62,544 nt of DNA, taken from Pseudomonadota bacterium. GTDB lineage: Bacteria; Myxococcota_A; UBA9042. Of this stretch, positions 19,554 to 29,068 are shown in pieces. The notes under the pieces were generated by a model. It saw only the letters and a list, made by a program, of their open reading frames with translations, made no database searches and had not been told where the DNA came from. Both the position numbers and the translations under genes were made by a program. The stretch is taken from positions 1 through 62,544 of the forward strand of contig JBEARB010000052.1 in the NCBI GenBank assembly GCA_041163625.1. The letters are read 5' to 3'. Positions within the stretch are counted from its first letter, which is position 1. Every line of letters starts with the position of its first letter.

Positions 19554-20813
19554 TCAGTTGCCGCGGGGTTCGCGACGGCTCGCTTCGGTGCCGAGGCTCG
19601 GCCGGACCAAGCCCGCCCAAAACGCATCCAGGCTGCGCTTGCACTCCGGGCCGCCAACTTCGCCCAGCGCCTCGAGTGAGCGCAGCAGCGCGCGGACCCG
19701 GCCGCGGCCAGCGGTGGTCCGCATCGCCTCGCGCGGCGTGTCGCCACCGAGCGTCGCGAGCGGCCGATCGTCGAGGTCGCGGAGGTACTCCTCGACCCAA
19801 TCGCGCGTCATCCGCGCGACGTCGAGGTCGCCCTCGAGTTCGACCCGATCCTCGTGCAGCATCGCGCCGAGGTCACAGATCACCGTGAGTCCGACGCGCA
19901 AGCCGCCGACGCGCTCGGCCAATTCCGCGCGGAGTCGCTCGGCGCGGCGCATCGAGCGCGTACTCGCGTGGAGCAGCCCGCCGCGCAGCCGCAGGGTCGC
20001 GCCTACCGCGCCCAAGGCGCTGCCCACGACGCGCCAGCCACCATCGTCGGTGGCCTCGAGCTCGCCGGCTTCGCAGAGGCGGGCGAGCCCGTTTCGCATG
20101 ACGGCGGTGTCGACGACCTCGAGGGTGGCGGTGGCGCGCAGCAGCGGCGCACCGTCCGGCGCTCGCAGCGGAGCCTGCCGACGGCGCAGTCGGGCGAGCG
20201 CGCGGAACGCCGCGTTCATCACGGTCTGCAGCCGCCGCTCGCGCGGCAGGGCATGGGCGCGTCGCGCGGCCCGGACCATCCCGCGGCGTGTTGCCCCCGG
20301 AAGCACGATGTGGACCGCGTCGAGCAGCCAGCACTCGGCCAGCGTCACGATGCGCGCGACCAGGAGATCGCCCGGTACCGAAACCGCGCCGAGCACCGGC
20401 TCGTCGACCGCGACGCGGGCGCCGTCGCGGACCCGCTCGAGCAGTGTGCTGCCGCCGCGGCACTGCACGATCTGGTAGACGTCGGGCGCGGCTTCACCGA
20501 GGGCATCGAGCAGGGCGCGATCGTCGGCGTGCCGATTGCAGCGGCGTCCCATCAGGCGGCGACCGAGGCTGCCCGCGCGGAAGTCGGCGTCCCACAGCAG
20601 CCACGGGTAGAACTGGCTGTGCGCGTCCCGTTCACGCAGCAGGGTCGAGAGCGCCTCGCCATCACGGAACGGGCGCTCGAAAAAGCGCCCCGCTGCCGCG
20701 AGCACCTCGGGACGATCGAGAGTCTCTTGGACCGCGTCCATCGCCGCGACGAGCAGCGCGAGATGGCGACGGCGGAGCAGGTGCGGGCGGAAGCGGACCA
20801 ACGTCTCCGACAT
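19554..20813 (-). CDS. hypothetical protein with C-terminal DUF2384 / Xre-MbcA-ParS antitoxin-like segment
   Basis: Start set at ATG 20813. C-terminal ..DDRPLATLGGDTPREAMRTTAGRGRVRALLRSLE resembles the DUF2384 core. The rest was not recognised. Confidence 0.55.
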   Translation of the reverse strand: MSETLVRFRPHLLRRRHLALLVAAMDAVQETLDRPEVLAAAGRFFERPFRDGEALSTLLRERDAHSQFYPWLLWDADFRAGSLGRRLMGRRCNRHADDRALLDALGEAAPDVYQIVQCRGGSTLLERVRDGARVAVDEPVLGAVSVPGDLLVARIVTLAECWLLDAVHIVLPGATRRGMVRAARRAHALPRERRLQTVMNAAFRALARLRRRQAPLRAPDGAPLLRATATLEVVDTAVMRNGLARLCEAGELEATDDGGWRVVGSALGAVGATLRLRGGLLHASTRSMRRAERLRAELAERVGGLRVGLTVICDLGAMLHEDRVELEGDLDVARMTRDWVEEYLRDLDDRPLATLGGDTPREAMRTTAGRGRVRALLRSLEALGEVGGPECKRSLDAFWAGLVRPSLGTEASRREPRGN

Positions 20814-20896
20814 CTGCGCTCGCCCCCGTGAACCGGTGCGGAGAGGAGTCCCCGCGGACCTGAGTGGGGCCTTCTTAGAGGGGCGTCCGGCGGGTG

Positions 20897-22153
20897 TCAA
20901 CGAGGCTCGTAGCGCGCCCGCATGCGGTCGGGACGCGCGGCCCGCGGCAGCGCCTGCGAGGGCGGCGGGCCGGCGACCGCATCGTCGGCAGCGTCGTCGC
21001 CGTCATCCCCGTCATCCCGCTCGCTTGCGGCGGCGTCGCGGGCGTGCAAGGCGGCGACGACAGCGGCGGCGCGGCGTTCGTCGTCCTGACGGGGGGCTCG
21101 CAGCATCGGTGCGAGGGTCGCGGAGGCGGCGGAATGTGCCTCGATCGCGAGATCGTCGAGCGGCGGAACGAAGCGGCCCGTTCGCGCCGCGTAGTCACCG
21201 GCGGCTGCGATGGCGACGAGATCGACCGGCCCGGTCGGGGCCAAGATCGGCCGTCGGCGCCAGCCCACGATGAGGCTGAGGACGAAGAGCAGCGACACGA
21301 TCGACCAGACCATCGAGTCGCCCAAGAGCATCGCCCAACGCGAGCCGGCGCTGTCGAGGAATTGCGCGTAGACGGCGTAGAGATCGCGCGGCGAGAGGCC
21401 GAAAGTCGCGATCCAGGCCGGCTCGAAGTCCAGGCCGAGGTGCAGGCGCTCGTGCAGCTCCGCGAGCGCAGCCGGGTTGCCGCTTCGCCGCAGCGCGAAG
21501 CGCAGGAAGCCCGCTCCGGTCGCGTAGGCTTGGCTGGCCAGCAGGCGGTGACCGCCGAACGCCTCTTGCAGGGCGTCGAGCGTCTCGAGTCGACCGCTCG
21601 CGCCGCCGCCCACCACCTCGCGCAGCCGGTCGGCCGTGGCCTCGCCCGCGACGACCATCGCGACGGCCTCGTGGTACCAACGCGGCAGGTAGCGCCCGTG
21701 CGAGAGAGCATGCACCGCGACGTGCGCCAACTCGTGGCGTACGGTCTCGCTGGTATGCAGCAGGCCAGGGCCGTCCATTCGGATCAGCACCCGCTCTTGA
21801 TCGAGCAGCGCGAGGCCCGAGATCCACGGTTCGGACCAGCGCGAGCCGGCCCCGGCGCCTTCGACGAGCTCGCGAAACGCGGCGTCCGACCCGGCGTAGT
21901 CGACCCGCAGCACGCCGTCGAGCCGGGTCCGCAGGATGGCGCTCACGTCGCGCTCGGCGTCGCGCGTCAGCTTCTCGAGCGGCTCGCGGCGGGCGTCATC
22001 GAGATCGGCGAGCCCGACCTTGAGTTCGAGTGCGGCGTGCGCAGGGGCGGCGAACATGCTGATGGCCAGCAGCATGGCAGCGGCGATTCGGCGCAAGGAA
22101 CCATACACGCGCCCGAGGCGAGCTCGGGGCGAGGAGGGGAGAGGGCTCTGCAA
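20897..22153 (-). CDS. predicted zinc metallopeptidase (peptidase MA-like, HExxH) with one TM segment and acidic tail
   Basis: HELAHVAVH motif. Signal-like RRIAAAMLLAISMFAAPAHA. TM WSIVSLLFVLSLIVGW. The listed start is TTG 22153 with a GGAG RBS; GTG 22108 is an alternative. Confidence 0.6.
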   Translation of the reverse strand: MQSPLPSSPRARLGRVYGSLRRIAAAMLLAISMFAAPAHAALELKVGLADLDDARREPLEKLTRDAERDVSAILRTRLDGVLRVDYAGSDAAFRELVEGAGAGSRWSEPWISGLALLDQERVLIRMDGPGLLHTSETVRHELAHVAVHALSHGRYLPRWYHEAVAMVVAGEATADRLREVVGGGASGRLETLDALQEAFGGHRLLASQAYATGAGFLRFALRRSGNPAALAELHERLHLGLDFEPAWIATFGLSPRDLYAVYAQFLDSAGSRWAMLLGDSMVWSIVSLLFVLSLIVGWRRRPILAPTGPVDLVAIAAAGDYAARTGRFVPPLDDLAIEAHSAASATLAPMLRAPRQDDERRAAAVVAALHARDAAASERDDGDDGDDAADDAVAGPPPSQALPRAARPDRMRARYEPR

Positions 22154-22165
22154 GGCGACTCCGGG

Positions 22166-23353
22166 CTATCGGTCCATGCGATAGAATCGGAAACGCGAGG
22201 ACGAGATCTCGAACATGAAACCGAACTGGAACTCGACCTCGCCACGCTCGTTGACGAGCCCCGCCGGAGGATTCGGGTAGGGCCCACCGGCAGAGAAGGC
22301 GCGCGTCGCCTCGTCGTCAAGGAAGCCCAGGCCGGAAGGCTTGTGGACACGTAGCGCCTTGACCGAGCCCTCCTGGTCCAAGGTGACCCGCACGATCGTG
22401 AGCCTGTCCCGCACACCGAAGCGTCGTCCGGTCGGATCGCGGGCACGCCAGACGGCCGTCGGATTCCACTCGTTGCGGACCCGCTCACGAATCCGCTGGA
22501 AGAAGTCCCAATACCGGAATTTTCGGGTGTTCAGCAGGTTCGTGTCGCCCTCGTCGTCGACGTCCGGCAGGTAGTCGTCCGAGCCTGGGCTGCCGGCGAG
22601 CGCCTGCAGGTTGTGCGCGACGTTGCCCGGTGAGGTCGAGGGCAGCAGCATCTGACTCTCGCCGCCCCGCACCACCGAAGGCCGCACCACCGGGGAGGTC
22701 ACCTCTCCGCCCGGCGCCGCGCCCGGCCCTTCGGTCGGCGGTGCCACCTGTTCCGGATTCTGCTTCGCCACCATGCCGGGTTGGGCGGCCTTCTGCGCCG
22801 CGGCCTTGGCCTCGGCCTTCTGCTTGGCGACGCGGCGCTGGCGGGCACGGTTGCGGCTCGCGATCTGCGTCGGCGCCTTGCTTTTGGAGGTCGGACTCTG
22901 CAGCTCGGAGGGGTTGTCGATCTGGACGTGACCGAGCTCGCGCCCCTTGCGCTTCTTGCCCTTCGATTTCTGTTCGCGCTCGACTTTCATGTCGTAGCGC
23001 CCGAGGTAGCGGGCGTTCTGTGGTCGCTCCTCGCTCTCGGGCCGGGCCGTCTCGACGATCTGGCCGTCGGGCTTTTCGACCGGCTCGAGCTTCTTCTTCT
23101 CCTTCTCGCGCTCTTTCTCGAGTTCGGGCCGAACCCGTGCCGTCCGCTCGGTCTTGCGGGGCGTGGTGGCGCGCAGGCGCGTGGACACTCGGCGGCTGGC
23201 TCGAGCACGGGCGTCGGCTCGGGCCCGGGCGACGGCCACGGCCTCTGGCGGCGGCGCGCGACGGTCGAGCAGCCACCCCAGCCCGACGAACAGGAGTCCT
23301 GCGAAGACGATCGCCAACGCGAGCGCGAGGAGTCGGCGTGCCCATGGCGTCAC
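22166..23353 (-). CDS. TonB C-terminal-domain protein (N-terminal anchor, K/E/R-rich linker)
   Basis: GTG 23353 with GGAGGTG RBS. TM LLALALAIVFAGLLFVGLGWLL. C-terminal ..LTIVRVTLDQEGSVKALRVHKPSGLGFLDDEATRAF..PYPNPP. Confidence 0.65.
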   Translation of the reverse strand: MTPWARRLLALALAIVFAGLLFVGLGWLLDRRAPPPEAVAVARARADARARASRRVSTRLRATTPRKTERTARVRPELEKEREKEKKKLEPVEKPDGQIVETARPESEERPQNARYLGRYDMKVEREQKSKGKKRKGRELGHVQIDNPSELQSPTSKSKAPTQIASRNRARQRRVAKQKAEAKAAAQKAAQPGMVAKQNPEQVAPPTEGPGAAPGGEVTSPVVRPSVVRGGESQMLLPSTSPGNVAHNLQALAGSPGSDDYLPDVDDEGDTNLLNTRKFRYWDFFQRIRERVRNEWNPTAVWRARDPTGRRFGVRDRLTIVRVTLDQEGSVKALRVHKPSGLGFLDDEATRAFSAGGPYPNPPAGLVNERGEVEFQFGFMFEISSSRFRFYRMDR

Positions 23354-23417
23354 GACGTCACCTCCGACGCCTCACGCGGCGCGGTGGTGCGCGGACGGGC
23401 GGGGCAGCGTTGGCGGG

Positions 23418-23460
23418 AATCGGTTCGCATGGACGGCATCCGGGCGTGCAATCGGTTCGC
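23418..23460. repeat. 11-bp direct repeat AATCGGTTCGC x2, 32 bp start to start
   Basis: Copies at 23418-23428 and 23450-23460, in the 193-bp spacer upstream of the TonB-like gene and downstream of prs. Confidence 0.5.
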
Positions 23461-23546
23461 CCTCTCCCAAGCTATGGACTCGGGTAGGGGCGAGCAAGTC
23501 CGGGCCGCGACCTCGCGGATCAGACGACGATTGGGACGCGCGAACG

Positions 23547-24488
23547 CTAGAAAAGATCACTCACCGAATCACCGTCGTGGATTCGGCGGATCGCCTTGGC
23601 GAGCAGCGGCGCGACCGACAGCACCCGCAGCTTGCTGCACGCCGCCGCCTTGGCCGCGACCGGTACGGTATCGGTCACCACCACCTCGCGGAACGGACCG
23701 GACGAGATGCGCTCGATCGCCGGCCCCGAGAGCACGCCGTGCGTCACCGCGACCGAGACGGATTTGGCGCCGCGGTCGAGCAGGAAGCGGGCGGCCTCGA
23801 CGACGGTGCCGCCGGTCGCGAGCTCGTCGTCGACGATGATCGCGTCCATGCCCTCGACGTGACCGATGAGGTTGGTGGCGATCGCCTTGTCGTCGTCGCC
23901 GAGGCGGCGCTTGTCGACGATCGCCATCGGCAGGTGCAGTCGGTTGGCGAACCGACCGAGCTCCTTGGCCTCACCGGCGTCACCGGCGACCAGGACGGTG
24001 TTGCTGAGGTCCCAGGTCCGCAGGTAGTCGCAGATGATCGGCGAGGCCACCAAATGGTCCGCCGGCATGCGGAAGAAACCTTGGATCTGCGGCGAGTGCA
24101 GATCCATCGTCAGCACCCGGTCGGCGCCGGCGGTTGCGAGCAGGTCAGCCACCAAGCGCGCCGTGATGCTGATCCGCGGGCGGTCCTTCTTGTCCGAGCG
24201 CACATAGGGGAAGTAGGGCAGCACGGCGGTGACGCGGGCGGCCGAGGCATTCTTGAGCGCGTCGATTGCGATCAGCGTCTCGACCAGGTGCTCATTGACG
24301 GGCGAGGCCGAGGTCTGCACGTAGAAGACGTCGCATTCGCGAACGTTCTCGCCGATCTTCACCATCAGGTTGTCGTTGGAGAACTTGACGACGTCGCTCT
24401 TGCCGAGCGGCAGGTCGAGCTGCTCGCAGATGGCGTGCGCCAGCTCCGGATGGCTCCGGCCGGCGAAGACCTTGATTCGCGCCTGCAT
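23547..24488 (-). CDS. prs: ribose-phosphate pyrophosphokinase (PRPP synthetase)
   Basis: Full-length 313 aa. ..VLPYFPYVRSDKKD.. and ..IIVDDELATGGT.. motifs. Confidence 0.93.
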   Translation of the reverse strand: MQARIKVFAGRSHPELAHAICEQLDLPLGKSDVVKFSNDNLMVKIGENVRECDVFYVQTSASPVNEHLVETLIAIDALKNASAARVTAVLPYFPYVRSDKKDRPRISITARLVADLLATAGADRVLTMDLHSPQIQGFFRMPADHLVASPIICDYLRTWDLSNTVLVAGDAGEAKELGRFANRLHLPMAIVDKRRLGDDDKAIATNLIGHVEGMDAIIVDDELATGGTVVEAARFLLDRGAKSVSVAVTHGVLSGPAIERISSGPFREVVVTDTVPVAAKAAACSKLRVLSVAPLLAKAIRRIHDGDSVSDLF

Positions 24489-24538
24489 CGCTCCCCCCTC
24501 TCCCTGGTGACGATTCGGGCCGCGCCCGCGCTCGAGAA

Positions 24539-25804
<1,266 letters not shown>

Positions 25805-25969
25805 GTCGTATCGCTCCGCGTGGGCGCTCCCGTCGCCCGAAGGGCCGCGAGCATCGGCCTGCCGCGCTGCGTCGTCAAGGGTGACGCACACCTCCACACG
25901 AGACGCTGGTCAGCCTCGGATCACCTCGCTACGCTCCGCCCGCGCGTCCGCCGCGCGCCAGGAGGCCCG

Positions 25970-26284
25970 ATGTCCGCCGAAGTTGCTCCGACCACCGTCC
26001 ATTGCGTCACCTGCGGCCAGGACGAGCCGCCGATCACCTTGCGCGTGCCGTTCCGTGACCCGCTCAAGGCCGAGATCCTCGCCAACGTCGGCGCCGGTTG
26101 CTGGCGCAACTGGCTCGATCAGCAGCTGAAGATCATCAACGAGTATCGGCTGAACCTCGCCGACGACAGCGCCCGCGCCGTCCTCGAGCGGGCCGCGCGT
26201 GAGGTGTTGCGCCTCGGCGGCGGTGATCAGGACGCCGTGCTCGAGACCGGCCCAGAGAAGGCCCGCGAACTCGGCAACTTGTAG
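25970..26284 (+). CDS. YggX-family Fe(2+)-trafficking / oxidative-damage protection protein
   Basis: Only the 3' end of listed ORF 24830..26284 is sense. ATG 25970 has a GGAGG RBS. ..CWRNWLDQQLKIINEYRLNLAD..AR..LE matches the YggX core. Confidence 0.7.
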   Translation: MSAEVAPTTVHCVTCGQDEPPITLRVPFRDPLKAEILANVGAGCWRNWLDQQLKIINEYRLNLADDSARAVLERAAREVLRLGGGDQDAVLETGPEKARELGNL

Positions 26285-27525
26285 CCCCAGCTCCAGACCG
26301 CCCGTGGGGCGCCCTCGTAGTCGGGGCCGTGCGCCGCGACCACGGCTTCCAGCGTCGCTTCGAGGTCGCGGCCGACCGCCGGGTCGCCCGACGGCAGCGC
26401 GAACGCCACCAAATTGGCCGGTGCGCCAGCCGCCAGGCTGCCGAGGCCGCGCAGGCCGCGGTCGAATCCGGCCAGGAATGCGCCCGGCACCGCCGACGCG
26501 CGCGCCCACGCCTCGCCGGCGTCGATCGGTACGCCCGCCTCGCGGTGGACCCGCAGCGCGCAGCCGATGACGTGCACCTGCGAGAGCTGTGGGCCGGCGC
26601 CGACGTCGGTCGCGAGGCACCAGCGTGCGCCGGTCTTGCGCACCAACTCCAGCGGCATCCGTCCGGACTCGAGCGCTTCGTTCGAGGTCGGGCAGTGCGC
26701 GATCATCGTGCCGGTCTCGGCGATACGCAGGAAGTCGCGAGCGCCGAGGTAGATCACGTGCGCCATCACCACGTGCGGACCGAGCAGGCGCGCGCGGTCG
26801 TAGACGTCCGTGTAGTCCAGTGCGTCGGGGAAGAGCGAGTCGACCCAGCGCAGCTCCTCTTGATTTTCCGAGAGGTGGCTCTGCGCCGGCATCCGCAGTC
26901 GCCAGGCGAGCTCGCCGCAGGCGGCCAGCGACTCGGCCGAGAGATTCGGCGCGAAGCGGGGCGAGACCACGACGCGCGCTCGTTCGTGGTCGGGCAACCC
27001 AGCGATCTCCGCCAAGGTCTCGGGCACCGGCCGCTCGAGTTCGGGCATGCTGTTGCATTCCATCAGCGCGGGGCCGTCGAAGAACCCGCGGGGCGCGGCA
27101 CGCAACAAGGATCGGCTCGCTTCGAGGAAGGGCGGTCCGAAGGTGAGCGCAGCCGTGGTGCCCGCGGCGTGGAGCCGGTCGAGGAAGTCCATGCCGCGGC
27201 GCTCGGCGACCTCGGCGTCGACGAATTCGGCCTCGGCGGGCCAAATGTGCTCTCGTAGCCACGGCAGCAGGGCGCCGCCGTAGCAGCCGCGGACGTGCGA
27301 CTGCGGCCAGTGCACGTGCAGATCGACGAAGCCGGGCGAGATCAGCCAGCCGCTCGTGGGCGGGTCGCCGTCGCGCGCGGCGCGGACCTCGACGATGCGG
27401 CCGTCTTCCCAGCGCACCACCGCGTCTTCGAGCAGGCGGCTGTGGCCGGTGAGTTCCGGCATCACGACGACGCCGCGCACCTGGCCGGAACCTCCCGGTG
27501 CGGTTGGGGTTCCGGCTGCGCGCAT
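26227..27525 (-). CDS. guaD: guanine deaminase (amidohydrolase superfamily)
   Basis: Start set at ATG 27525 (GAGGAG RBS). HVHWPQ, SHLSENQEE, HCPTSN and ATDVGAG motifs. Its 3' end overlaps the convergent yggX-like gene by 58 bp. Confidence 0.75.
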   Translation of the reverse strand: MRAAGTPTAPGGSGQVRGVVVMPELTGHSRLLEDAVVRWEDGRIVEVRAARDGDPPTSGWLISPGFVDLHVHWPQSHVRGCYGGALLPWLREHIWPAEAEFVDAEVAERRGMDFLDRLHAAGTTAALTFGPPFLEASRSLLRAAPRGFFDGPALMECNSMPELERPVPETLAEIAGLPDHERARVVVSPRFAPNLSAESLAACGELAWRLRMPAQSHLSENQEELRWVDSLFPDALDYTDVYDRARLLGPHVVMAHVIYLGARDFLRIAETGTMIAHCPTSNEALESGRMPLELVRKTGARWCLATDVGAGPQLSQVHVIGCALRVHREAGVPIDAGEAWARASAVPGAFLAGFDRGLRGLGSLAAGAPANLVAFALPSGDPAVGRDLEATLEAVVAAHGPDYEGAPRAVWSWGYKLPSSRAFSGPVSSTAS

Positions 27526-27563
27526 GGGCGACTCCTCGTTCGCGGCCGGTCGCCGCGATGGCG

Positions 27564-29015
27564 TCAGGCGTCCGGCGTGGCCGGGCGGAGCGATTCGACG
27601 TCGATCGACGCCGGTGGCACGAACGGGGGGTAGGGGCGCAGGCCCGCGTCGTCGAGGCTGCGCAGGCGATGATCGAGCCCATTGCGTCGCCAGCGCTCCC
27701 ACGCCGCGAGGTCGGCGTTGGCGTCGTATCCGGCCGGCAGGACGACGCCCTCGGGCGGCCGCGGCGGCGACGGCAGTCGCAGGGCAGTCCGCACGTTGGC
27801 GAGGCGGCCGTCGGCCAGATCGCAGGCGAGCAGGCCGTCGCGAGCGAGCTGCAGCTTGGGCCGGCGTCGCAGCGCGGCCTGGAAGTCCACCCGAGCGCGG
27901 CGGGTGTCGCCGCGCCGCAGTCGACTCTCCGCGCGTACGACGTGCAGGACGGCCGAGGCAGCCCCGCCGGCGAGCGCCCGGCCAGCGATTCGCTCTGCCA
28001 ACAGCAGGTCGCCCGTCAGCAAGGCGTCTACGGCGAGGCGGATGGCCTCGGACGGCGCTGGTTGCGCCAACGAGACCCGGACGCCCCCCGAGCCCTCGCC
28101 ACGGAGCTTGCGCAGCGCCGTCGGCCACGCGGAGAGCGACGGCAGATGGCCGGGATCGACCCGCAGTGCGGCTCGCAGCGCGCCCACGGCGGCGAGATAG
28201 TCGCGCAGCGCGAGTTGGCAGACGGCGAGCCGATAGCAACGACCGGCCGACGGTGCCTCTCGGCAGGCGAAATCGGCGGCGTCGGCGGCGGCTCGGTAGC
28301 GCCCGGCGCGGAAATGCGCCTCGGCTTGGGCGTCGAGCTCCGCGACATCGGCGCCGCCGGCGCTCTCGCGCTCCATTGCGGCGAGCCGCTCCTGTGCCCA
28401 CTGGCCCGCCTCGTCGCTGGGATCGAGGTCGCGCAAGGCGGTCAGCGAGACGCGCGCGGCGTCACGGTCGCCGAGCGCGAGCAGACAGATCGCCTCACCA
28501 CGGCGGGCAGCGACGCCCAGGCCCGGCGCGGCGAGCAGCGCACGGTAGTGTTCGACGGCCGCGCGATGCCGACCATCGGCGCGCTGCACCTCGGCCAGCG
28601 AGAAGCGCGCCGCGTGCAGGTTCGGGTCGAGCGCCACCGCGCGCCCGTAGGCGGTGGCGGCGTCCTCGAGCTGGCCGTGCAGGGCGTAGAGCGTGCCCAA
28701 CTCGTGCCAGCCACGCGCCAAGCCGGGGGCCGCCGTCGACAGCGCGCGTGCCGCGGCGAAGGCCTCTCCGAACCGGCCGGCCTTGCGCAGGCTGACGATC
28801 GAGGCGATGGCGGCGTCTTGCTCGGCGGTCGGCGCAGGCGACGCCGGATTCGGAGTCGCTGCCGGCGCCGGTGCCGGTGCTGCCGGCGCGGGCGTCGATG
28901 GATTCGTCGTCGGGCTCGGTCCCGCCGGCGGCGGCTGTGCCCCCGCGGTGCCGAAAGCGACCGTCGCGAGCAGGGCGGCGAGCAGGGCGGTGGCGCGGCG
29001 CAGCGGGGCGAACAT
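27564..29015 (-). CDS. secreted TPR-repeat protein with Pro/Ala-rich N-terminal linker
   Basis: Start set at ATG 29015 (GGAGG RBS). Signal peptide ATALLAALLATVAFGTAGA. Multiple 34-aa TPR-like units. Confidence 0.75.
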   Translation of the reverse strand: MFAPLRRATALLAALLATVAFGTAGAQPPPAGPSPTTNPSTPAPAAPAPAPAATPNPASPAPTAEQDAAIASIVSLRKAGRFGEAFAAARALSTAAPGLARGWHELGTLYALHGQLEDAATAYGRAVALDPNLHAARFSLAEVQRADGRHRAAVEHYRALLAAPGLGVAARRGEAICLLALGDRDAARVSLTALRDLDPSDEAGQWAQERLAAMERESAGGADVAELDAQAEAHFRAGRYRAAADAADFACREAPSAGRCYRLAVCQLALRDYLAAVGALRAALRVDPGHLPSLSAWPTALRKLRGEGSGGVRVSLAQPAPSEAIRLAVDALLTGDLLLAERIAGRALAGGAASAVLHVVRAESRLRRGDTRRARVDFQAALRRRPKLQLARDGLLACDLADGRLANVRTALRLPSPPRPPEGVVLPAGYDANADLAAWERWRRNGLDHRLRSLDDAGLRPYPPFVPPASIDVESLRPATPDA

Positions 29016-29068
29016 CGGAACCTCCACCGCTGACGCTGCCGCAGCCGGCCGCAGAGGGCAAGCGCGCG

